Shown here piece after piece: positions 27,772 through 40,969 of a stretch of DNA of 64,000 bases; the first letter of the stretch is position 1, and every line of letters starts with the position of its first letter. Origin of the DNA: Eledone cirrhosa (Eukaryota). The notes under the pieces were generated by a model. That model did no database searches. It was not told where the DNA came from and saw nothing but the letters and a program-made list of their open reading frames with translations. Where the stretch lies: positions 50,964,001 to 51,028,000 of the forward strand of contig OZ024745.1 in assembly GCA_964016885.1 (NCBI GenBank). Direction: 5' to 3'. The translations under genes were made by a program, and so were the position numbers.

Positions 27772-30212
27772 CACAGGTTCTCAACCCATTTAGGCCAAAC
27801 GCCCCCTTTTGTCCCTTGAAATCATGAACCGCCCCCCACCCTATTTTTCCATTTTTCAATATACCACTGATTCTGATATCAGTAGATTACTAAAAAATTG
27901 ATTAACAATATTCAGGCAGCTGAGAGTATAAATACATTCCTTGAAAAGAAATATATAAATTTCAAAAAAAGGAACATAAATGTTCTTTTTTATGAATAAG
28001 GACCAGTTGAATTTGTTATATTCCCACCAGGCGATACCAGCTATTTTGAACATTTATACAAGATTTATCCCAAGAGTGCTCTTATCTGGAAGAAAGTGGC
28101 AATTATATCATTTCAAGGCTTTCCAATTTTCCTTTTAATGAAACGGACAGAATAAATGTTGATATCAAACTTGATGTCCCCCTGCTTTGTGAGCTTAGAG
28201 ACCACGGAAGAGGGTTTTCATGACCACGCGGGAGGGTATATTTATTAATAAATGGTAAAATATATACAACAAATGAGTAATTGAATTGTACTAGATGGTT
28301 TCCAGTCCAGTCAGACTGCAACTACAAATAAAAAAATTGTTAGTTTGCTTTAACAATAGCATATCCAAGTTTTCGTATAAATCAACTTACTTTAACTTTG
28401 ACGCATTTCAATTGGACCCTTGAACTTCATGGAGTCTAGCTAACTCTTTGACGCGAGGCTGAATTTTCGTAAGATGTAGCCAGAGATCTCCACGTGTAAT
28501 TACATTGTAGCGGTTGCGAGCCTTACTGTGCAGTCTGGAAACAACACCAAACCTCCTCTCGACTAAGTATGAGCTTGGAAAAGGCAGAGCAAATCTCTTA
28601 GCCTCTGCATGTAGGTGTGGAAATCAACGCTGAATTTCCTCTTGCATCCCAAAAGGGGTTCACCTATTTTGGGAAATCTAATTTTGATCATGTCATCTGC
28701 TTGAAGTTCAATGAATTCTTCCTGAAATTTGACGTCCAAATCGTCGATGTTAGCTATGAAGGGATCTGCTACCCACATTGGGATGTCCATCGGCAAAAGG
28801 TCGACAAACCGTTCTCTCATGTTGTCTTGTAGCGCACGGAGGTGAGTGGTATACATTTTGAGTTGGTCATCGCTTACAATGTTTTGAACATTGGCGACAC
28901 TAGGAAAATTATAGAATTCCCGTCAACAAAGATTCCTTTCGATGACATTCAATTTGGCCAGGAATGTTTTCACAGCATTCCTTGCTTTAAGCAAGGTGAT
29001 CTTCTTCCCCTGCAAAGCCAAAATGACGCTATTGCATTTGTCGAAGATGTTGGTGAGGTAGGCGCAATGTTGCCTCACATCGAAGGTTTTCTTGTACAGT
29101 TCTGTGTTGAGTCCTCGCAGAAACTCAATGATAGAGTCGAAGAGTTCAAAGAAGTGAGTAAAGCACTTGCCCTTTGAAAGCTACCTCACTTCAGTATGAA
29201 GGAGCAACTTGACGAATTCTTCGTCATTATCTTGGCACAGTTGCTGGAAAATTCGTTTATTGAGAGAATGCCGTTTGATAAAATTTATGACATCAATGGC
29301 CACCTGCAAGGACTTGCTCAGAGGCTTGCTGAATTTCTTCGCAGCCAAGTGTTGTCGATGAATGACACAATGAACACCAAATACAGATAGATTTTCTCTC
29401 TTCAGAAGAGTGACGAAGCCCTTATGTTGGCCGACCATTGCTCTTGCGTCGTCTGTAGCACATGAAACAATATGTGTTGTATGTGGTCCTAGATGTATGT
29501 ATTAACTGCCTGTGTGTTGTATGTATTACCTGCTTATGTATTGCATGTAGTCCCAGCTGTATGTATTACCTGCTTGTGTGTTGTATGTGGTCCTAGATGT
29601 GTGTATTACCTCCTTATGTGTTGTATGTGGTCCTAGACGTATGTATTACCTGATCGTGTTGTATGTGGTCCTAGATGTTTGTATTACCTGCTTATGCGTT
29701 GTATGTAGTCCTAGATGTGTGTGCTACCCGCTTGTGTGTTTTCTTTCTTTTTTTTATTTGTAATATTATTTATACAATAGGGAATAAAATAGATCTACGT
29801 AGTGTTAACTCGTTACAGTTGAGTCAATAATTTCAGACATGAAATACATTGTTATCGGTGAAGGAAAGATAAGATTCTAACTGGCTGCACTCAAAGTGTC
29901 CTTGACCCAGATGACTGGGTTTTTTCATTTTTAGGATCTCAATTACCGGTTAATGTCTAGACACGCCTGCACACCTGCGGTCAGACTAAAGTTATGCTGT
30001 CTGCAAGCTCATTCAAATGCATTCACACTGGCTGTCTCAAAGACATACAAATATGGCTTATAAAACTTACCAAAGTAAAGAGTATTCCAGCAACCCCTAG
30101 CCCCCCCCCCCTCAAACTCCAAACGCCCCCCTAACGCGACCTTACTCCGAAACGCCCCGCTGGAGTTCCGAAACGCCCCGGGGGTGCATATGCCCCCCGT
30201 TAAGAACCTTTG
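27772..30212 (-). mobile_element. hAT Buster/Charlie-type DNA transposon with decayed transposase
   Basis: TIRs CACAGGTTCTCAAC / GTTAAGAACCTTTG; TSD CTCTAGAG at 27764-27771 and 30213-30220; VHCVIHRQHLAAK and LLLHTEVR motifs at about 28400-29470. Confidence 0.9.
29473..29740. repeat. About 40-bp minisatellite inside the hAT element
   Basis: tgtgttgtatgtggtcctagatgtatgtattacctgc repeated about 6 times. Confidence 0.85.
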
Positions 30213-30449
30213 CTCTAGAGTCTCACTTGCGTACTCACCAGACAAGACTGGTGTTTCTGTGAGGGCGTAGGTGAACTTTAGTGTAACAAATCTCACCAAT
30301 AGCCATAATAAATGAATGTATATATATATATGTAGGAGATGAATAAATTGGGTATAATTCCAGTTTCTTACCAAATGCGAAGAAGCTCGATATATTAACT
30401 TCTTAGGAAAGGGTACAAAGCATAATTTTTTTTAGATTATATACATATA

Positions 30450-30680
30450 CAGTGGCGGTGGAACTGAGTAGGGTGCATGCTCCCCTCCAATAATTATATT
30501 TTCTCTCCAAACTACCATGACATATCTATTTGGATAAGCGCTACAATTTATGTACATTGTCATGTTTATTGCATATTGAAGTTTTCTGACCATTTTAGAG
30601 TGCAAAGAGCTAAACTAACCGCTACCGGTAATTGTCCAAATTCCCCTCCCCCCAATTCAGAAATGCTTCCACCGCCCCTG
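30450..30680. mobile_element. MITE with TIRs CAGTGGCGGTGGAA / TTCCACCGCCCCTG
   Basis: Inverted termini; internal homology to 58845-59025 and 26933-26985. Confidence 0.65.
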
Positions 30681-31417
30681 GTAATACACCTGAAACCAAA
30701 TTTGGGAGAGGGATAAATGCAGAGAGAAAGACAATTCAAAATCTCATTTTGTGAGTCTTTTATCGATAAAGTTTTTAACCAATTCAGCTAAACCAAGTGA
30801 TGAAGCCTGAGCACGATCAATTGGTATAGTTGTCAAGCCTAGTCTCTCTTGCAACATTGTAGAGTGAATGTAAGATTGTATAAGCTTGAGCTTTGAGAAA
30901 CTACTTTCACCACTGATACTGGAAGTGTGAGAAGGATCCTCAATGCAACATAAGGGAAATTATCTAAAAGTTTTTGTTGGAAAAACTCGTGGCCTATAGA
31001 AAGACGCGAACGTCCTGAAAGTTTCGTATGCGCACGATTTTCACTCAGTTAATTTGCTTGTTCCGCTCAGACTGAATCTACTCGATTATTTGTCCCTGTG
31101 TGAAATCAACCAGGATAAAAAACATCCCTCAATAAAACTTAAATTTATCTATTTATTTTTCAAAATTGTTTTTGATTTGGAGAAATGCGCCCCGTGAAAT
31201 CATCGTCATTATAACGTTAAGGGGAGAATAACTATAGGGCCACTCAACCTGCTAGAAATCGCAGCCAAATATACTAGTCACACCATACTGTATTAAAGGC
31301 GAAATGGCACATTGTATAATATACTCCTGAAGGCATTATGTGCCATTTTACTTTAAAAAATAAAATGGTCATGATGTGAACGCCTTTGGCTATATGAATG
31401 TGCAATCAGAGCTGAAA

Positions 31418-32166
31418 TAATTGTTTCTACTTTAGGCACAAGGCCAGCAATTATCCAGTACATTATTGGTACTTTATTTTATCGACCCCGTAAGGATGAA
31501 AGGCAAAGTTAACCTCGGCTGGATTTGAACTCAGACTGTAAAGGGACGTAACTGCGCTAGAAAGCATGGCGTCCAACCCTCTACCGATACTGCCAATTTA
31601 CCGCCGTTAGAGCTGAAATAATTGTTTCTACTTTAGGCCCAATGCCAGCAATTACCCAGTGCATTACTGGTACTTTATTTTATCGACCCCGTAAGGATGA
31701 AAGGCAAAGTCAACCTCGGCGGGATTTGAACTCAGATCATAAAGGGACGTAACTATGCTGGAAAGCATGGCGTCCGACCCTCTACCGATACTGCCAATCC
31801 ACAATGCTAACCAACAACAGTTTTTATGCTGCTCTGCGGTTATCGCTATTCAGTCAACATATTTTCAAAACCAAAGTATTTCATATCAACCAAAATATTA
31901 ATATTTTGTTATCAGGAATGTGGCTTTGTCCCGAATATTAGGATCACTCCCACTTTAATTACAGTTTCTTATATAGGCACAAGGCCAGCAATTTTTTTTA
32001 GGGTGGGGGGTGGGGTGGGGGGGGAGTCAATTAAATCGACCCCAGTGTGTGACTCGTATTTTATTTTATCGACCCCATAAGGATGAAAGGCAAAGTTAAC
32101 CTCGGCGGGATTTGAACTCATATCGTAAAGGGCCGAAACCCTATGCTGCAAAGCCTGGTGTCCAAC
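31418..32166 (-). mobile_element. Three copies of the main SINE (31418-31606, 31619-31802, 31963-32166)
   Basis: Consensus match; agagctgaaata duplicated at the junction of the first two. Confidence 0.9.
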
Positions 32167-33759
32167 ACTGCCCTTTAATAACGTTGCATGTTGCTGTGGG
32201 GGTCACTGCTGTAAACACACACACACACACACACAAATAATGATAATAAAAATGAAGAAATAGAAGAGAGCTTTGATTGTTTAAAGGAGTGGGAAGAGTG
32301 AAATGAAGACACAATATTTGACGGAAACTCATTAGGCAGAGTCAACATCATCCAACTACGAGATATTCTACTGAATTTTAAATGATTTCCTGGCAACAAT
32401 GCCTGGGATTCAATAATGTGGAATCTTTCGAAAGGTTGTAAAGTATCCACCAGAACTACACTAACCATGGCCAAGATATGTCACTCTAAATGGTCAATGC
32501 CCCTTAGCTTCTTTATTCCTCCGAATGTTTATAATCTACAAGAACCAGAGAAGACATAGCTTTTTATCGGCAAAAATTTGTACTTAACTCTGAAAGAGAA
32601 CAAAATATTCGTTAATGCAACACTACTGCCGTGATTACAGCGGCGAATTATAGACTAATGTATGATAGCTATCAAAAAGCTATGTCGACCCAAATGGTGG
32701 ATATTATGATCCATAGGTCTCTCAGCAAGTTGTCAGTTATTCTATCGACACAGCCATCTATTTTTTTCCTAGATTCCTTCGGTGATTATAAATAGATATT
32801 GTGAGGCAGGTATAACATAGTGATATGTGAGTGCTTCGTTTAACTATAATGATATACTCAACCATGTAATCCCATAAATCTACCTCAAAAAGAAAGGGCT
32901 CTGCTTGACTAGCTTTGAACTAAATATACTCAAAATATTGCACCTTCATATATATATAATATATAGTAAGATAAAAATAAAGGGATATATATGAAGAAAG
33001 CTAAATCTGAAGGAACAATAATGAACTGGTCATGTCTTGCCAACATTTATTTCCATTATACCCCATTATAATGGGAATTTGCTCCTGGTACGTTCTATAA
33101 TGTGAATTTACATCCTGTCTCTCCCTAATATGGATTTACTTCCTTATAAAACGCGCCCTTAGTTTTACACAAAACGTTTGACATTTAACCTTAAAATAAT
33201 TGCTGTCAAGAATGTTGGTAGCGTGACCTTGATTTTTCTACTAGCATGGATTAAATCATCGTTATCGGTTCAGCTAACATTTGTTCTTCATTTATATTAT
33301 ATTTGCTGGAAGACAGAACAACGTAGTTATAAGTTTATCGTAATCAACTATACTGATGTCTCGTGATATTTTGTTGGTGTGTATGGTACCTAATACTCTA
33401 TTCCACTTTATAACTCACCGCTTAAATATTTTCCAGAAAATAGATATTTGGCGTGCGTGTTAGGTAAGAATCGCAAAAAAAAAGTTCCCATCAAATAGTG
33501 ATTATGAGGTGATATCCAAGTTTCAATAAAATTGAAATTGACGATTAATATCAATGTACTAGATTTCCCATTTCTTCATTCTCCCATTTATTTACAATCA
33601 TAGGAAGACACGCAATAATCAAATGAGTAATTTTGCTCGTATCGCTAATATTCTATAGAATTATGATTTAAGAAACATCAGGTGGATCGAATCTGGCTTG
33701 CAACAGCCTAACATCGATGTGTGGTTCAATTCGGTGCGCTCCTCATCAACCGGTACCCT

Positions 33760-34350
33760 TCTTTATGAAGAGTGCACTCTCATCGGTGTGGCCCAACGCC
33801 TCAGCCACCGCGTGTGTGCGCCACACAAATGCCGTTGTGGGGCTGTTATTGACGGGTTTGACCCGCAAAGGAGCGCAGGCCGGTTCCCCTCGACATGCCG
33901 CTCTCAACGACATATTGAGAAGGAGCCTGGACGTAGCTGGTTTCCCATCACAACTAGAGCAGACAGGTCACGACCGCGGAGACAGCAAGCGTCCCGACGG
34001 AATTACCGTCTTCCATTTGAAGGAGGTAAATTCCTCATCTGGGACGCCACATGCTGTGACGTTCTCCGTCTCCAACTTTGACGCGTCGTCCAGAATCCAC
34101 GGTACTTAGGCCTGCAATACAGAGGACAGGAAGACAAGCAAATACTGGGGCTTGTCCGGTCGCTTCCTCTTCTCACGGGTCCTCGTCGAGACTTCAGGCG
34201 TCCTCGGACCCTGTACTGCTGAGTTCTTTCGTAAACTCGGAACGTCAGTAGCCAGTCTAAATAAGGAGCCCGACGAGTTGGGGTAGCTATTGCAGCGTGT
34301 GTCGTTGGCCATTGTCCGCGGTAATGCCTTTGTAGGTTTGTCCGCCGGGT
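33760..34350 (+). mobile_element. Degenerate CRE-like 3' fragment
   Basis: HKCRCG, RHAALNDILRRSL, KRPDGITVF and LIWDATC. Confidence 0.8.
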
Positions 34351-35411
34351 GCGACCGAAATTCCATCCCACCCTAGGTATAGAGCCGATCATCTTCCCCA
34401 TTTCTACACTGCCTTCCGTGGTCTAATAATCCTTACACCCCCTTTTTTTTTCTCTCATTTATGGCATTGATAGTCCTTTCATCTTTTCTTTATAGCCAAA
34501 TCTGCCCTTCTTACCCCTTCCCCCCTCTGTTCATTACTTATTTAAATTTTTTTTCATATTTCCATCATAGCGTTTTGCTTCTTTATATAAGTAAAGTTGT
34601 ATAAGTTTTTTTTTTCTCCAAACTGTTTTCTTAATTCTTAGACGTCGTTTGCGGTCGGCTCAGAAATTCTTATGATCATGGAACGTATAGGGGCACCTAA
34701 ATACAACCAAATGTTTAGTTTGGCATTCTATCGTTTCTACCATATATTGTGACTAGAAAGAATTTTATAAAAGAAAAATGCGGTACGGTGGGGGTGGCAT
34801 CGAGCTTTAAAAGTATCTGACGAATACATATACAACACTAAATAATTTTAACTTGGAGAGCTACTCGCCGGGTGAAAACACATGGGACGTCACCTCGGTT
34901 AACGTACTACTCTTGCATTTTTTTCTAATGAAAGAATATAGCGAGTATTTGCTGGATTGTTGTTTCCATCCATAATGGATAAAGTCACAGACATGATAAC
35001 GAGAGGAAAACATTTTGGCGACTTGTTTTATTTTGAAAGGCGAACACTAAGTTGATTTTTCTATGTATCTCTAGCAGTCGAAACAGGATATGACAGGAAG
35101 GAAAAAACAGGATGTAGTAACAGCAACTTAAATTTAAATGAAATTCGCACGGGTTGCTTGGAGCACGCGTACACACACACCGAGAGACCCACACATTCCC
35201 ACTAACATATATTCATATATAGATGCTCACATGGACCCGTAAACACTCCTAGAAAAATCTGTATTAACTAATTTCCTTAGAAGAATTAGAATGAGACTAG
35301 ATGTCCTAACATTATGTTAAGAATGTTAATTGCCAATAAACACCATTGCTTATTAGTGCATGTCAGGGTGTAAAAACATTATGGTGTTTAATACATTACA
35401 CGTATACTCAC

Positions 35412-35451
<40 letters not shown>

Positions 35452-35498
35452 TATAGATAGATAAATATACACGGGTGTGTATGATTGTGTATAGAAGA

Positions 35499-35756
35499 TT
35501 ATATTAATAAAAGGAATTCCAACTTTGTCTGATTTACTCGTTTTATTTACAATCCTTTAACATTTATAATGGTATTAGAATGAAATAGTATGGTAGAATA
35601 TTAAATGTTAAGTGTTAATTGAACAAGTACTTTCATGCTTTCGCAATCTTCAGGTTCATAATGTGTGGTGACAGTCAAGTTTGCAATTTTCAACTGTTGA
35701 AAATTGCAAACTTGACTGTCACCACACAGTTATGCTGACAGTTGGAATTCCTTTTA

Positions 35757-35765
<9 letters not shown>
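35499..35765. repeat. Nested inverted-repeat cassette between (TA)n tracts
   Basis: Outer IR 35499-35524 / 35740-35765; inner perfect 33-bp-arm palindrome 35662-35728. Confidence 0.9.
35621..35657 (-). ncRNA. Minimal type I hammerhead ribozyme motif
   Basis: gaac-CTGAAGA-T-TGC-gaaa-GCA-T-GAAA-GTACT-T-gttc; palindromic helix III AGTACT; CUU triplet. Confidence 0.8.
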
Positions 35766-35791
<26 letters not shown>

Positions 35792-35839
35792 CAAGGCTCT
35801 GATACCATCAACACCATAAACACAGAGCTGGCATATCTA

Positions 35840-35897
35840 ACTGCCTGATAAGGTCATAGCCATTCAATGGCTATCATCGAAATATATATATAGCAGT
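35840..35897 (+). ncRNA. Hammerhead motif with (AU)n helix III and a G8A change
   Basis: actgc-CTGATAA-ggtcATAGCCA-ttcaa-TGGCTATcatc-GAAA-TATATATAT-A-gcagt. Confidence 0.65.
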
Positions 35898-36028
35898 AAA
35901 TAAAGGATTATGAGTTCATGCAATTGACTTATGTTTCGTCACTATATATATATATATATAAATATATATATGTAAGAATGTGTGTGTGTGTCTATATATA
36001 TATATTAATAAAAGAGCGGAGGAAAACT

Positions 36029-36086
36029 CCGTTATACATATTTCACTGAGGATTATCAGTTATGATAATCTGAACTATTCAGACGG
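36029..36086 (-). ncRNA. Degenerate hammerhead motif
   Basis: ccgt-CTGAATA...GATTATCA-taac-TGATAATC...GAAA-TATGTAT-A-acgg. Confidence 0.5.
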
Positions 36087-38984
36087 CGAAACCTAAAATA
36101 AACATTTTCCTAAGAAAGTTCCTACGAAACCTCCAAATTTGGAAACATTCAAAAATTTCCCCGAAAAGAATTTTATTTTCATGATACAGTGGGCCGACCG
36201 AACGCGTTGATTCTTCAACGGCTGGCCCCTGTATGACCCTAAGAATTTTAGCGGAAGTTTGGGTCAGTTTACGAAGTAACGAAAACGGCTGGTAACCCTT
36301 ATCCTTCTCCTCTCTATCAGTAGCTGTTGTAGTAGTAGTAGTGGAAGCGGCTGCTATAATAGTAGTGACATCAATTTCCTTCCAACTCCATATTGTCCAC
36401 AGGTCTGCAACAACTGAATATTATAACAGTGTATGTAAGTTTGTCTGTCTGTTAGGACGCGCCTGTGTATTCACTTTAATGAGACTTACCACCTGTTGCT
36501 ATGTCTACTGTTAATTCTCACTTATCTATTTCACAAATCTGCACCCTGAAATGTTTTGATGTCGGTAATGACTTTAAGCTGCAGCCTTTTGTTTACTAAT
36601 CTTTACTAAGTTGACTATTCATATCACGAATTTAGGATCCAGTTTCACATTTATCGATTAATCTGACAAAGTATGGCCTGGGTGACATATGTTCTTTTTA
36701 AGTCTATGCTGGTTATTCGTTCAATCTAAGGAATAGCAACCAGTCTGATTGAAAGGCCTGAGACTGTGCGCGGTTTTTACATCATCCTCTCCTATTGGTT
36801 ATTTCCCCATATATTCCCTCTATGGCTTTAATATGCTAATAATTATCATGCGAAATATGTCCCAGCAATATTTTTACATGTCTACAGAAATCAGGTTTCA
36901 CATCTGCCAACAGTCTGCAAAAAAAAAAAAAAAAAAAATCATAGCTTTATTTCTCTCAGGCCCACTGACAAACCACACGAATCTCGGAAAGTCACTAGAC
37001 CTCTAGATCTATTCATTATCCATACTGAGATAGTATACCGCGCCACTAAATACGGGCCGACTGAAATAAGTATCAACCTCTTAGTCAGCCAGCATGACGG
37101 AGAGCGAACGCATCTCAGAAGTCTTGGCCTCGCCTACGGCGACCACATTCAGACGTACTGCCGTGAAGTTGATGAACAGATGTTCATATGTATCATATAT
37201 TCTTGGGGAGGGGTCACTTACTCTTATCTAGACCTAATTCTTTTGCGAGATCCTTGAATGGGCTCTCTGTAGCGCTTTTCGTTGTTCTCGTTGTTATTGA
37301 TATTTCGTTGATCTTCTTGTCGTTGATGTTGTTTTTGCTGTTTTTTTTTTTTTTTGCATTAGTGTAACATCAAAAGTCAGTGTAGCAATGACATCAAATC
37401 CTAACTTCTCCATGGCAGCCAAACCACCATTTGTTATCAGATCTCAAGTTCAGTAATGCTCTTCTCTTTGAAAGTCACCCGATATTATTCACTCACCTCC
37501 CTCTCCTGTTAACCTTATGCAGTATTCTGGTATTCTTCAGTTCCAAGTTTTGTTTTAAAGGACAATGTGAATATTTACAAAATTACAAGCTTTCTACAGC
37601 CGGATCATCAATAAATTACCCCACATCTTAATGATAAAAGTACTTTAGTCTTTCATATATTTCTTTTGTTGTAAAAAGTAGATGTCTGTTTTCCGAGAGC
37701 TCTCATGAGAGATTCTTTGCCGCTCCATCCACATATTGTATGGATTTGCTCGTTCTATATTTTTCATCTTCTAGGGGAGGAAAACGATCATATGGCTTTT
37801 ACTGGCACAAGTATTGTAACTGTTCTTTCTATCCCGCACTATATATCTTATTGTCTTCGACTCGATGCTCATAACGGAAGGGGTTTATGGTGCTGAGGGC
37901 TTGTGGAAATACATGCTGATCCCTCCTGACTATATAATTTCTGAATACGTTGGGAGTTATTTCTACCTTTATTGCTTTACAAAGGTGATATTAAGCAAGG
38001 AGTTAATGTCACTTGCCATGCCTCCAATTAATCTTTTTGTGTTACACTGCCCAATGCATTGGTGCAGAGGCATGTATGCGAATATTTTGCACACTATCCC
38101 TACTTGTTTCTTCACTTCGTTCATAATAATGCCTTTTTCTATGCTTGCAAGGAATCAGCTAGAGTTTCCATGAATTCGCATTTTGAAAGGAAAAAATTAC
38201 TTTCTCTCATCCTTTGAGAAACAAAAGTAGATCAGTTTAATCTCTGCCCACTTCTGATATACGGTTCGACTGCGATTAAACAGAATAGGCTATACAGCAG
38301 AAACTGACACTATGTGTGCACTTTTCGCTTGGTGACATTTGTGTCTATGTATGGGTATCATATATATCATTGTTGTTGATGCTATTGTTTTCACCCATCA
38401 AAGCATTAAAAGACTCTTAGCGTGTGTTTCGGAAAGTTTATTGATTGTTCGTGACAGGTGTTGTCTGTATGTGTGTACGTTGTTACTGTTAGTATTATAT
38501 TTATTACATGAAAATTTACATTTTCAAACATTAAATTTCTACTGTGAGTGACTGTCGATATATACCAGTATATTTTCAGACATTAAATTTCTACTATCAA
38601 TTTGTTTATTTGTCTTTCTTAAAAGATTAATTATTTTGATTTTTGATGCTTCTCTGTGCTGATTGTCTTGCGGTGTTACTCAGTTTCTTCTATGTTACTC
38701 CACCTCATGTTGATGCTTTACAGTGTTCCTCGCGTATATATGTTACATTTTGTAGCACCAGAAGATATAGACACATCTAAGGCTTATTCCAGGCATTAGA
38801 ATAAATACCACGATGTTCGAAATTACTCTGTGTGCAAACATTATATGTATAATATATATATATAATATATATATATATTTATAGAGAGAGATATGTGTGT
38901 GAAATGAAAAATGCTGGCCTCCTGCGGAGGTTAATTGTGTTTTAATAGGGTCCCAAACCCTATCAAGCAAAGGAACGCGAAATG

Positions 38985-39085
38985 AAACGCCATGCTCAAA
39001 ATCCCAGCATGTCACCTGGTCCAGGAATCGAAACCTTGATCATATGATCCTGATTCGAGCATCCTAACAACTAAGCTACGTGCCG
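38985..39085 (-). mobile_element. tRNA-like SINE head remnant
   Basis: Minus strand ggcacgtagcttagttgttagg...ggtttcgattcc (A and B boxes). Confidence 0.5.
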
Positions 39086-40200
39086 TATGTACTCGAAGAT
39101 CCTAAATAATTGGGAGAATTTGCGGGATATTTGCTTAAATTCTTATAAGAGAAGGGATTGGAATAAGGGGTGTGGGTGGAAATTGTATAGAGTCCGTTTG
39201 TAAATATGGGATATCTTGTAATGTTCTTTTTTTGTTATGTATAATGTTATTTAATATAAATTAAATTAATATTAGATTCTCCAATATTGTAAGATCACTT
39301 ACAATAAAACTTCACCGGAGAAAGAGTAGCCAAAATTTAATGGGGGGAAGGGGCGTCTGCAAAATTAGTAAGTGGTGGGTGGGCGATTATTCAAAATCTG
39401 AGAGTACATAGTCTGAAATTTATTGAGGTTATGTTATTGATGATTAGTTAAACAAAATGAAGGCATTCTTTTGTGTTTGCTTGACCAGATCTATAGGGTG
39501 CAGATTAAAGCAGTCAAAATAACTTCATAATTCCATCTGGAATCTCTTTCAGCAAATGTGAAATAAAACAACATCCGAATCTGTTATTATGTGGAATAAG
39601 TTGAATGAATGCCAAGAATGTGAGAAATTTTCAGCGAAGAAATATATATATATATATATTATACAAAAAATAGTACATTTTTGTCGAATCAATACTACTG
39701 GATACCCAAGTCAATATGGCTACGTAGATATTATATACAGTCTGTGTAGTTATTACTAACACAAAGCTAAGTGAAACCTAAACAGACCACTCTCACATGT
39801 TAACTGTGTGTGTTTGTGTGAGTGTGTGTATGTATGTATTCATATGTTGTTAACTGTCGTGCATGTGTTTATGTATGTATGTATTTTTGTTTGTTTGTGG
39901 AGCGAGAGACTCCTAGTCTTCATTAATACATCTCTCTAGGAGAAGGTCACTCTGATATACAAACCGGCGACTTCGTTTGCATCCAATGATGTCGACCAGT
40001 TCTACTTTTTGGGTAAATAGATTCGATGCCAGAGAGTGGGATTTGCCCCACGCAAAGCCTTTCTCACTTAAAAAAGCACAGGCATCGCTTGGTATGTGGC
40101 ATTTTTGCGATGCATGGTATTGCTGTCCATAGGCAAGTCCCTAGCAGGACTAGGAAGCCACGTCCATGATGCTGATACTTAAGTATCAAGTGATGGCATT

Positions 40201-40378
40201 ATTGGCAGTATCGGTAGAGGGTCGGACATGATTTCCAGCATAGTTACGTCCCTTTACGATCTGAGTTCAAATCCCGCCGAGGTTGACTTTGCCTTTCATC
40301 CTTACGGGGTCGATAAAATAAAGTACCAGTAATGCACTGGGTAATTGTTGGCCTTGTGCCTAAAGTAGAAACAATTAT
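40201..40378 (+). mobile_element. Main SINE inserted into an RTE-derived element (about 39930-40410)
   Basis: Consensus match. Confidence 0.85.
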
Positions 40379-40419
40379 TTGAAATCGAGTCGCAGCCATC
40401 ATGTATGTATGTCACTCTT

Positions 40420-40968
40420 ATGTCGGGTCACTCTTGAGTGCTAATGGTAACATGTAATCCAGTACAACTCGTCGCATGGTCGAGTCGTCGGTGACTAAAC
40501 CGGCAACTCCACCAAGTTTACTTGGTGAAGAGGGGGATTTTGGACACCCTGCAGGACAAAAAACAAAACCTGACAAAGGGCGAAAGAACTCATAAGTGTC
40601 AACGGCCATCCAAAAGTGTGTAAATATGTATATTCACATGTACCGCGCAGTTAAACCACTGGGAGTGAAGGACCCCTAGCCTTTGTCAGGGCATTCTTCT
40701 AAGAGAAGGCAACTCAGGAACCTGGGATAACTTCGATATAAAACCTGCGGCTCAGTAGTTACCGATGATGTTGATCTTTTCTTCTTTTCGGGTTATAGCT
40801 ACTGTCGCTCATAGAGTGGGATTGGCTCAGTGCACAGTCTTTCCTCACTTCAAAAAAATAACTTCACGCACAGGCATTGCACGATAGAATTAATTAATAA
40901 TTATTAATAATGGTATATCATGCAATGACCATACTTGATAACGAGGGGGCAGCCATCATGTATGTATG
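40420..40968 (+). mobile_element. RTE-derived non-autonomous element
   Basis: Homologous to the reverse complement of 20140-20506; ends ggcagccatc(atgt)n. Confidence 0.7.
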
Positions 40969-40969
40969 T

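Noticed and set aside
29473-29740. CRISPR-like regular repeats
   Set aside because: Contiguous minisatellite without unique spacers, inside a eukaryotic hAT; no cas genes
5400-34350. All four CRE-like fragments on the + strand
   Set aside because: Four in the same orientation is compatible with chance (1 in 8)
36403-36434. Possible 32-nt host exon (ccacag|GTCTGC...GTAT|gtaagt)
   Set aside because: Good splice signals but no partner exons or homology; unsupported without RNA-seq
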